Shown here: positions 1 through 8,196 of the stretch, in pieces
Layout: the number at the start of each line of letters is the position of its first letter
Position numbering within the stretch: position 1 is the first letter of the stretch
Virus record (IMG/VR): IMGVR_UViG_3300018494_004239
Length of the DNA: 64,000 bases
Reading direction: 5' to 3' (one strand)
Source of the DNA: an uncultured virus (IMG/VR IMGVR_UViG_3300018494_004239)
Taxonomy: Duplodnaviria > Heunggongvirae > Uroviricota > Caudoviricetes
Position numbers and translations under genes: made by a program
The notes under the pieces: model-generated
Seen by the model: only the letters and a program-made list of their open reading frames with translations
Told to the model about the DNA's origin: nothing
The model's database searches: none

Positions 1-200
1 CTTTTTCTGAAAAAGTCAAGTATTGAATGTGTTTTTTATAATTAAAAAATAAAATCCCTCTCATTACGAGAGGGATTTTTTGTTTTAGATTAAATGATTA
101 TTTACATTTGTTTCGGAATAAGTTTCAAACCTACTTTTAGAGAACTTTCCTATGTTTCAGAATAAGTTTCTATGTTTCGGTTTAAGTTTCTATTTTACAA

Positions 201-647
201 TTACATCATCTTGTTAACGGTGTCTGCTACGAGTTTGCCATCTGCTTTGCCCTTAACCTTTGGCATAAGGTTCTTCATAAGCAAACCACGAGACTTGTTA
301 TCAAGAGTTTCGATGCCACACTCTGCCATCGTTTCCTTGATGACAACGACGATTTCATCTTCGGTCATCAAAGTTGGAAGGAATTGTGAATAGATTTCCA
401 TTTCGAATTTTACCTTCTCAATGAATTCTCCACCTTTGCCTTCTGGCACAGAATCAATGCTGTCCTTGCACTGCTTGACCATCTTTGTGACTACGGCAAT
501 CTCCTCGTCGTCCGTAAGTGGGTGACGGAGGTCGATTTCTTTCTTCTTAAGTTGGTCGTAAAGCATTGCATAGGCATCTTTCTTCTGCTTGTCGTGCGCC
601 TTCATAGCGGCATACATATTCTGCTTTGCAGTTTCTTGAATGCTCAT
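201..647 (-). CDS. GatB/YqeY domain protein
   Basis: 148 aa; 'MYAAMKAHDK', 'EMEIYSQFLP..MTEDEI', 'GLLMKNLMPKVKGKADGKLV' match the YqeY pattern. Confidence 0.85.
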   Translation of the reverse strand: MSIQETAKQNMYAAMKAHDKQKKDAYAMLYDQLKKKEIDLRHPLTDDEEIAVVTKMVKQCKDSIDSVPEGKGGEFIEKVKFEMEIYSQFLPTLMTEDEIVVVIKETMAECGIETLDNKSRGLLMKNLMPKVKGKADGKLVADTVNKMM

Positions 648-724
648 TGGTATAACCTCCTTGTTTAGATTTCTCGTTTATTATATCATAAACAATTTGG
701 TTTGTCAACTGGTTTTTTGCATTT

Positions 725-1723
725 TTATTGGGTGATTGGAGTTACAACAGTTGATGTATAGGCATATCTTGTTTGACCATTTTCTTCATATTCATAAACT
801 AATCTAAAATATTTATTTATATTTTCATTTGATGTGCTATATGTGATGCTGAAGTTAACAACTTTTTTGTCGGGATTCTGTAACGAAGCAAAATCTCCTG
901 CATCAATTCTGTCTTTTAATAAGATTTTTGATGCGGCGGTATTGATATTGAGCGCTCCATGATTTTCGCTATGATATATAATATATATTTTGTCAAAATC
1001 AACATTTATGCCTTCCTCTTTTACAAGCACCATGTCATATTTTGTATAGTAAAGTCCATTTTCTTTTCCAATATAGGAATTTTCTATAATTGAAATATTT
1101 GGTATTTTAGTATCCGAAGATAAATCAATCCATTCATTTAGAGAAGTTTTTGTATGTGAATAATTGATATTGGAAGGTAATAAATCAGATAAAGTGGAAG
1201 TGTCGATATTCTTTTCTGCAACAAGTGTATAACCCGTTACAGTATTGTACCAATAAGTCATGTCGCTTTGCTTTGGTTCGAAAGTGGAAGAACTGGTCTT
1301 CATATAATTCTGCATAACTGCTTTTGCGGTTTCATGGTTTTGTGCATACTTATTATCAATATCGATGCGAATGCCGTTGAAACCTGCCAAACTTTCGAGT
1401 TTTTCAATATCAGCACGGGTTACTGCTTTGGTAACATTATATACTCTGCCTTGTGCGGCATCCATATTATCAGGAACTCCATCACCGTCTCCATCTTTGA
1501 TTGCACCAGATGCGATATCCTGCTTATATAATTCGTATTCGCTTACAAACCTTTCCATCGCATTCGTCATTTCACTGGCATTGGTGTTATCCGCAGATAC
1601 ATTTGCTCTGTCGATAAGTCCAGCAACGGAAGGAATAGCAATTGCCGCCAACACAGCAAGAATTCCGATTACCACAAGTAACTCGATAAGTGTAAAACCT
1701 TTTCGGGAAGTTAAAATTTTCAT
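725..1723 (-). CDS. Type IV pilin-like protein (copy 1), orphan C-terminal domain
   Basis: Class III signal RKG|FTLIELLVVIGILAVLAAIAIP; shared module through 'FEPKQSD..YWY'. Confidence 0.9.
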   Translation of the reverse strand: MKILTSRKGFTLIELLVVIGILAVLAAIAIPSVAGLIDRANVSADNTNASEMTNAMERFVSEYELYKQDIASGAIKDGDGDGVPDNMDAAQGRVYNVTKAVTRADIEKLESLAGFNGIRIDIDNKYAQNHETAKAVMQNYMKTSSSTFEPKQSDMTYWYNTVTGYTLVAEKNIDTSTLSDLLPSNINYSHTKTSLNEWIDLSSDTKIPNISIIENSYIGKENGLYYTKYDMVLVKEEGINVDFDKIYIIYHSENHGALNINTAASKILLKDRIDAGDFASLQNPDKKVVNFSITYSTSNENINKYFRLVYEYEENGQTRYAYTSTVVTPITQ

Positions 1724-1754
1724 AAAAAATCATCCTTTCATTTATGTTAAACAT

Positions 1755-1782
1755 AGCATAGATGATTTTTTTTTCTTGTCAA
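1755..1782 (-). promoter_or_regulatory. Pilin-1 promoter TTGACA-16 bp (contains A9)-TATGCT
   Basis: Read on the minus strand; RBS GAAAGGATGA downstream. Confidence 0.6.
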
Positions 1783-1804
1783 AGATATTTACAAATAATT
1801 ATTT

Positions 1805-2075
1805 TTCCGCCCACCCTTCTCCCCAAAACCCCCTCAAAAAGAAAAAACTCTTTCCCAACCCCCTTAAAAAAAGAAGAATTATTCTCCTTAAACTTCTTAA
1901 AAAGAAACACTGTTCTCCATAAACCCCTTTGGGGAAGAAAAACTATTTCCCCAAACCCCCTCAAAAAAGAAACACTGTTCTCCATAAAACCCTTTTGGGG
2001 AGAGACACTGTTCTCCACAAAATCCTTTGAAAAAGAAAAATTATTTTACTTAAACCACTTAAAAAAGAAACTTCT
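1805..2075. repeat. Degenerate tandem repeat, about 8 units of ~31-33 bp
   Basis: Recurring TTCTCC(A/C)..AAACCCC.T.AAAAAGAAACACTG; AAAAAGAAACACTGTTCTCCATAAA occurs twice. Confidence 0.75.
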
Positions 2076-2103
2076 TTTATCTTCCCAAAACGAAACTTTT
2101 ATG

Positions 2104-2132
2104 TTGACATTGCCAACTATTTATGGTATAAT
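2104..2132 (+). promoter_or_regulatory. Sigma-A promoter TTGACA-17-TATAAT with extended TG
   Basis: ttgacattgccaactatttatggtataat. Confidence 0.8.
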
Positions 2133-2216
2133 ATACTCACACTCCCCCAATACAATCCTGTAAAAGAATTCACTACATAACCATAATACACTATAAGAAA
2201 GAAGAGAGTATTAAAT

Positions 2217-2813
2217 ATGACAACAGACTATTATGGAACTCAAAAATATCTAATAACATTCTATAAAGGAGAATATCCTGATATAGACCCTAATGTAACA
2301 TATAGTGATGGGGAATTACTCAAAGAGGGACTAACGATGAAACCCATAGGAAATAATTCTTATATAGAGGATGAAACAAGACATTACTTTGGAATTCCCA
2401 TCAATGTAGTTACCCAAGATTATGACTATGATAAAATCCAAAGAGTTTGTGGATTTAAGAAACTTCCCCGAATTGAAACCGCTTCGAGAAAAGAGATTAC
2501 CTTTACCGACGGAAGAGATTCCTATACTATGGGTAAGCACGAAAGTGTTCATTTCCTCAAAAAGGAAAACAAGGATATGCTGGTTTTCCGAAAGAAGGAG
2601 ATTTGTAAGGTAAAACAGAAAAGTTATGAAATGTATTCTTTTCTTTGTTCTATCTTTAAGAAGGAAAGAGGTTTTACTCCTCTGCTTGGTAATACCTATG
2701 TGCTTTCCGATGTTTTGATTGATAAACTTGAAAGATATGAAAGAAAAACATGGTTGTCTCATTTGTTTGATGCAGAACACCCTAATATTTTCTTTACCGT
2801 AACCGATGCTTAA
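2217..2813 (+). CDS. Hypothetical protein, 'PDIDPN' paralog family
   Basis: 198 aa; aligns by eye with 36426..37049 and 40999..41574. Confidence 0.75.
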   Translation: MTTDYYGTQKYLITFYKGEYPDIDPNVTYSDGELLKEGLTMKPIGNNSYIEDETRHYFGIPINVVTQDYDYDKIQRVCGFKKLPRIETASRKEITFTDGRDSYTMGKHESVHFLKKENKDMLVFRKKEICKVKQKSYEMYSFLCSIFKKERGFTPLLGNTYVLSDVLIDKLERYERKTWLSHLFDAEHPNIFFTVTDA

Positions 2814-2828
2814 TAAGGAGGATTATAT

Positions 2829-3200
2829 ATGAATGTACTGGCGGCAATTACTATCGTTTTAGCAGCACCTTTAATTTGGGTATTTATTGTTTTTTCTACG
2901 AAGAAGAAATGGGTATCCATTCTTTGTTTCGTACTCGCTTTTTCTATCGTTGGAGGTTTTTGCTTCTATATTGAAGGGGCAAGAGATAACTTCGTAGAGG
3001 GCTCTAATATTGTTTGTACCTTTGATGGTGAAAAGGTATATGAAGATGATGGCGAATACTTTATTGTAGTTACCAATAAATATAATCCACTTAATATCTA
3101 TGAGCGACAGGTCGTTGACAAAGAGTTCGTTGATGAGTGGGTGTCTTTCTCGGATAAATATGGAGATACCATTACGAGTATTCAGAGCAATAATGAGTAA
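2829..3200 (+). CDS. Hypothetical membrane protein
   Basis: AGGAGG RBS; two N-terminal hydrophobic segments. Confidence 0.75.
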   Translation: MNVLAAITIVLAAPLIWVFIVFSTKKKWVSILCFVLAFSIVGGFCFYIEGARDNFVEGSNIVCTFDGEKVYEDDGEYFIVVTNKYNPLNIYERQVVDKEFVDEWVSFSDKYGDTITSIQSNNE

Positions 3201-3266
3201 TATCTTCTTATCTACTTCGGGTTAAAATGTAATTCTGAATAATATATGCTAAAATAAGACAGTGGG

Positions 3267-4076
3267 GTGAATGATATGTTTTTTATATTACAAGCGCAAG
3301 ACGATATGAAGTTGATGCAGGTTGATTATGCTATATTAAAGGAACTTCTTGAATATTCTCATTTTGACTATGCTGAAATGCGTTTAGCAGATTTTTATAA
3401 CGGTGATAAACAATTGAAAAAATCTACTGAATTTCCAAATGAATATAAAGATGCTATTCCGCTCGGCACTATCAATTTCGTTACTGCATATCTTAATATT
3501 TTCAAAAATATAGAGAAAATGAATCCAATAGAGATTCCCAAATGCTTACGGACGGATGAGTTTTTGAAAAGAAAATATAGTATAATGTACGGCAAAGATA
3601 TTCCAAAGGACAAAGCATATTTTATAAAAAATGTTTCTACCTTAAAAACATTTTCTTATACTGGTCGAATAGATGCTATTTACAATGAACCCGATGCACT
3701 GTCGCAAAAAAGACCTATTGAGGATGATGATTTGTATCAAGTTTCTGATATTTTGAATATTCGTTCTGAATATCGAGTTTACTTTATCGCTGGAGAGTTA
3801 TATGCTATTGCTTATTATGATGGTGATGCAACGGTTTTTCCCGATGTTAATTTGATACAAAAGGCAAACTTAATCTATTCTATGCAGAAAGATTATCCAA
3901 GAAGTTATACTATGGACGTTGCGGTTTCTGATAAGGGCACTGCAATTTTGGAATGCCATCCCCTATTTAGTTGCGGTATTTATCAGACAGTTTTGGGAGT
4001 AGACTTTCTCTATGGGTATCGTGACTCTATGTATTATCTTGAGCGATACAATACAAAACATGAAGCGGATACGTGA
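3267..4076 (+). CDS. ATP-grasp domain protein (DUF4343/R2K-like)
   Basis: 'FIKN', 'SEYRVYF', 'YTMDVAV..GTAILECH...CGIY'. Confidence 0.7.
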   Translation: MNDMFFILQAQDDMKLMQVDYAILKELLEYSHFDYAEMRLADFYNGDKQLKKSTEFPNEYKDAIPLGTINFVTAYLNIFKNIEKMNPIEIPKCLRTDEFLKRKYSIMYGKDIPKDKAYFIKNVSTLKTFSYTGRIDAIYNEPDALSQKRPIEDDDLYQVSDILNIRSEYRVYFIAGELYAIAYYDGDATVFPDVNLIQKANLIYSMQKDYPRSYTMDVAVSDKGTAILECHPLFSCGIYQTVLGVDFLYGYRDSMYYLERYNTKHEADT

Positions 4077-4087
4077 GGAATATAAAA

Positions 4088-4135
4088 ATAGCGGTCTTAT
4101 CTGCCTTTTAGGGCGGGTAAGACCGTTTTTCTTTT
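4088..4135 (+). terminator. Intrinsic terminator
   Basis: gcggtcttatctgcc/gggcgggtaagaccgt stem followed by T-run. Confidence 0.75.
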
Positions 4136-4308
4136 ATTGGGGATATTCGGTTATTGGTTATATATTGGATGTGTTATAGGGTGTTCTGTGGGGTTATGGA
4201 AGTATTGGGTATTTAATATTGTGTCGTTATTAGTATATTTAAGGCTGGTTAATGGAATGTAGTTAATAGTTTTCTTTTTTATGAGTCGTGAACAAAGGGA
4301 TTGGTGGG

Positions 4309-4404
4309 TGAACTATTTTAGTGGGTTATGGGAATAGGCGAGGGGATGTGAATTATTTTAGTGGGTTATGGGAATGGGGTTGGATGGTGGGGTGGGTGGG
4401 TAGG
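4309..4404 (+). repeat. G-rich tract with a 27-bp direct repeat and G-quadruplex-capable motif
   Basis: TGAA(C/T)TATTTTAGTGGGTTATGGGAAT twice, then GGGG-N9-GGGG-T-GGG-T-GGG. Confidence 0.75.
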
Positions 4405-4467
4405 TGATATTTTTCACGAGCATGCATAAAAAAATCGGGGAACTTTCGTTCCCCAGATTATATATGA

Positions 4468-5775
4468 TTAACTGATGACGAAGGCAGGGTAAACAGGACG
4501 ACTATCGTATGCATTGACATGGTATTCATCGCCACGACCATAACAGAAGAAATCCTCATAACAGCGAGAATAAGGCGAACGAAGCCAGAACCAATCGTCA
4601 ACATAACCGTCGTCGGCAAACCAATCAAATGTTTCGCCTTCTGCTTCAATTTCAGTTATATACTCGTACCAACCAGACATGTCGTCATTAAAACCAACCT
4701 CTTTGATGGAAGGTAAGAATAAATAACAAGTTACACACTTTGAGCTATTCAAATTATTATCACCATCGGCACATGTAATGGTTGTAGGACTAATTACTGC
4801 TCTTAAATTTGCATCGAGATTATTATATACTTCTCCATCCAACCATGTCTTCATTTCTGTATCTGTATAACCATTGATATTATCGCCCCAAGGATAATCT
4901 GTACTTGGTGCAGTCATTCTGTGGTTGCCAATGTTTGATGTAAGCATAAATGTAACTTTATCACTATCAATGTCAACAATCCGTGCTTGTCTTGTATTCC
5001 CGTTGATTGTAAAACTTGGAGTCAAATCCCCTGTTTTCCAACCTGCATCGGTAACTTTTCCTGCACGAATTACTGCTTGAATTGTTGTCCAGTCGTTATT
5101 GGCAAGAGTTGAATCAACGGTGGACATATCAAGAGAAGTGTCTCCACTTAACGTAGCACCAAGTGTAAGGTCAATCCACTGTGCATTTACACTGTCTGAT
5201 GTGATATCATTACCTTTTGCATCCATACCAGAGATAGCATACTTATCTAATTCAGCAGCAGTTTTTGTCGGTTCTGCAACTACAACAACACCACAATCTG
5301 GTGAATACCAATAGTGCACATCTGATTGCTTTGGTTCAAAGGTGGAACTGGAAGTTTTTGTATAGTTTTCTACAACTTTTTGCATAGTGTAAGCATTCAT
5401 AGGATATTTGGTGTCTCTATAAATTGCAATCACATCATCAGCAACTGTTGCATTTTGAGCGAACTCGATTCCTTCAATACCAGCACGAGTTGTCACATCA
5501 ATTACATTTTTAACTCTACCCTGTGCACTGTCTAAATTATCTGGGTCTAATGTACCAGAGGCAATGTCCTGACAGTAGAGTTCATACTCCGAAGCAAATC
5601 TTTCGAGTGCATTTGTCATCTCGTTGCTATTAGTTTTATCAGCAGATACATTTGCTCTGTCAATAAGTCCTGCAACTGAAGGAATTGCGATAGCGGCAAG
5701 AACTGCGAGAATGCCAATAACTACGAGTAATTCAATTAAAGTAAAACCCTTACGGGATTTAATATTTAGTTTCAT
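4468..5775 (-). CDS. Type IV pilin-like protein (copy 2) with DUF6273-like/C-lectin-type C-terminal domain; candidate DGR target
   Basis: Prepilin signal; C-terminus 'YLFLPSIKEV', 'WFWLRSP', 'VYPAFVI'. Confidence 0.85.
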   Translation of the reverse strand: MKLNIKSRKGFTLIELLVVIGILAVLAAIAIPSVAGLIDRANVSADKTNSNEMTNALERFASEYELYCQDIASGTLDPDNLDSAQGRVKNVIDVTTRAGIEGIEFAQNATVADDVIAIYRDTKYPMNAYTMQKVVENYTKTSSSTFEPKQSDVHYWYSPDCGVVVVAEPTKTAAELDKYAISGMDAKGNDITSDSVNAQWIDLTLGATLSGDTSLDMSTVDSTLANNDWTTIQAVIRAGKVTDAGWKTGDLTPSFTINGNTRQARIVDIDSDKVTFMLTSNIGNHRMTAPSTDYPWGDNINGYTDTEMKTWLDGEVYNNLDANLRAVISPTTITCADGDNNLNSSKCVTCYLFLPSIKEVGFNDDMSGWYEYITEIEAEGETFDWFADDGYVDDWFWLRSPYSRCYEDFFCYGRGDEYHVNAYDSRPVYPAFVIS

Positions 5776-6064
5776 AAGAAATCATCCTTTCACATATAGT
5801 ATATTTACTATACGTGATTTTTTTCTTGTCAATGAAAAATCTCTACGAACTTTTCGTGGAGATTTGTATTCACCGTCGTCTACTTCTTTGTTTTTTGTTA
5901 TTTAATGGTGTCTATTGCATAAGTTTAATTTTTGTGGGGTTTTGAAGTGGGAAGATAGATAATATTATAGGGATAAAAGGCAAAAATGTTTGAATTTTTG
6001 GGAAGTGCTATTGGGTAGTAGAAAACATAAAAAGGACATCGATATCGATGTCCTTTTTGGAAAA

Positions 6065-7435
6065 TTATTTGCAACCTGCATTGTGGACAACTACACCATT
6101 AACAATGTAATTGTGGAAATTTGCAACACCTAAATTGTAAGTGTTATAGTTATCTATTGCAGGTCTGGTTTCAATAGAAATTATTGTGACATTGTTGTTG
6201 TATCCGACCAAGGTGTCTCCAACTTCTAACATTGGTACAATTCCAACATCAGTAATTGTCTCAACCATTTCTGGTCTCAAAGATTTCCAGCCATCTGTGG
6301 TGAGGAGTGGATGATATGCTCTCATTCCGATTTGTGTACCATCAGAAAGATTTACATATACAAGGTCATCAGAATTGTGCTTGATAATGGTATTGGTTAC
6401 TGGTTGTGCAACAAATTCGCCAGTAGTTTCATTGAGTGACATTACCATATCACCAACAATAACATCTTCAATGTTCTTGGTTGTTCCATCTGCCATCAAA
6501 ACTTGTGAACCAGCATCAAAGCAACACCAATGGATTGGTTGATAATCTCTTCCATCAACTATAACATGGGTTCTTTCGACCCAATAAGAATCTGGCGCAC
6601 CACTTAAACTCCAAGAATCAGCGGATGTATGTTTTGGTGTATAAATTCTTATAGCATCATCATGCATAAAGTCAAAGTAAATTTCTGGTGTTGGAGTTGT
6701 TCTTTGATATTCTGGATGTTCATTCAACCATTCTTCCCAAGTTTGACCTTCTTTTGCTGTAAATCTATAACCAGCAAAACTAAAAGTTATTGTTTTTACC
6801 ATTGGTACTTGCGAGTCAGATGTTACATTACACCAATTTGCATAATTATCATCAAGTGCATTTCCTTTTGCATCCTTGCCAGAAACCACTAAATCATTAA
6901 GTTGTGCAATAGAGGCATTAGTATCAGCAACTACAACAATACCACAATCTGGATTGTACCAATAACTGCAATCTGATTGTTTTGGTTCAAATGTTGCGCT
7001 TGATGTTTTTGTATAATTTTGAATAATGGCTTCAAGTGTATATGTATTTAGTGGGTATTTAGTATCTCTACTAATTTTAGAATTTAAGTGTCCATTGCTT
7101 TCTAAATTAGTGATGTCTTCACGAGATACAGCACCAGTTACATTGAATACTCTACCTTGTGCACTATCTAAATCGCCATCTGGTTTGCCATCGCCATTTT
7201 CGTCTTTAATGACACCACTGGCAATATCCTGACAATAGAGTTCGTATTCGCTTGCGAATCTTTCGATTGCATTAGTATATTCATTAGCATTGGTATTGTC
7301 GGCAGAAACATTTGCTCTGTCAATCAAACCAGCAACACTTGGAATGGCAATTGCTGCGAGCACAGCAAGAATACCAATGACCACAAGTAGTTCAATTAGT
7401 GTGAAACCCTTACGGGATTTGTAATTAAATTTCAT
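6065..7435 (-). CDS. Type IV pilin-like protein (copy 3) with C-terminal Hint (intein-like) domain
   Basis: Prepilin signal; Hint 'CFDAGSQVLMADG..KNIEDVIVGDMV', 'HPLLT..GW', 'TYNLGVANFHNYIVNGVVVHN' (6080..6523). Confidence 0.9.
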   Translation of the reverse strand: MKFNYKSRKGFTLIELLVVIGILAVLAAIAIPSVAGLIDRANVSADNTNANEYTNAIERFASEYELYCQDIASGVIKDENGDGKPDGDLDSAQGRVFNVTGAVSREDITNLESNGHLNSKISRDTKYPLNTYTLEAIIQNYTKTSSATFEPKQSDCSYWYNPDCGIVVVADTNASIAQLNDLVVSGKDAKGNALDDNYANWCNVTSDSQVPMVKTITFSFAGYRFTAKEGQTWEEWLNEHPEYQRTTPTPEIYFDFMHDDAIRIYTPKHTSADSWSLSGAPDSYWVERTHVIVDGRDYQPIHWCCFDAGSQVLMADGTTKNIEDVIVGDMVMSLNETTGEFVAQPVTNTIIKHNSDDLVYVNLSDGTQIGMRAYHPLLTTDGWKSLRPEMVETITDVGIVPMLEVGDTLVGYNNNVTIISIETRPAIDNYNTYNLGVANFHNYIVNGVVVHNAGCK

Positions 7436-7537
7436 AAGAAATCATCCTTTCATACTTGATAAACTAAATATAAATGATTTTCTTCTTTTTGTCAATGAAA
7501 AATCTCCACCATAAAGGTGGAGATTTGTATTGTGTAT

Positions 7538-8161
7538 TTACTTTCTGTTTTCCCAAGACTCAACAACCATACATCCAGCAATTTCTTTTAGAATTTCAAT
7601 ATCATCGCCCTGAAGGATTAAATCAAAAACAGTTTCCTCATTTCCTGCTTTGGTAAAAAGTCTATACTTTGTTTGTTCTGATGTAGTTAACTTTTTAATT
7701 GTCCAAGCATAATCTGATGAAATTTCTATATCTTTCATTTCTTCGACGGTAAATTCGCTGCTAATAGAAAGATACTGCTCTTGATACAAAGAAATAACTC
7801 CAAGAATGTTTCCGTCATCATCCCTAAATATACGAGAATAATCGCCTAATGTTTCGGAATTTCCATATTTTTTATTCGTGAAATGGAGTCTGACTGTTGA
7901 ACTATTGGACAAATCGTTTGTTAGATTATAGATGATGTAAGTTTGACTTTTGTATTCACCGTCATCCACTTCTTCGTTTTTTGTTATTTCATCCTCAACA
8001 GGTTTGGTATCTTCTGTTGTGGGTTCGGTTTGTGTTTCGTCTTCTGTGGTGTCTTGAACAATACTTTCATCAGTGTTATTGGTAGTATTGTTGTTTTGAC
8101 CACAAGCAACTATAGAGAATAGCAACAAAACCGATAAAATTAAACATAATATTTTTTTCAT
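7538..8161 (-). CDS. Putative lipoprotein
   Basis: Lipobox IVAC followed by a T/E/D-rich linker. Confidence 0.75.
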   Translation of the reverse strand: MKKILCLILSVLLLFSIVACGQNNNTTNNTDESIVQDTTEDETQTEPTTEDTKPVEDEITKNEEVDDGEYKSQTYIIYNLTNDLSNSSTVRLHFTNKKYGNSETLGDYSRIFRDDDGNILGVISLYQEQYLSISSEFTVEEMKDIEISSDYAWTIKKLTTSEQTKYRLFTKAGNEETVFDLILQGDDIEILKEIAGCMVVESWENRK

Positions 8162-8196
8162 AAGATATACTCCTTTTTGTATTTTATTTAGAAAAA

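Noticed and set aside
1805..2075. CRISPR array
   Set aside because: Units are degenerate and contiguous, with no unique spacers and no cas genes
725..7435. Shufflon or a complete DGR within the window
   Set aside because: Every pilin is a full gene with its own promoter; no invertase sites, template repeat or reverse transcriptase seen here
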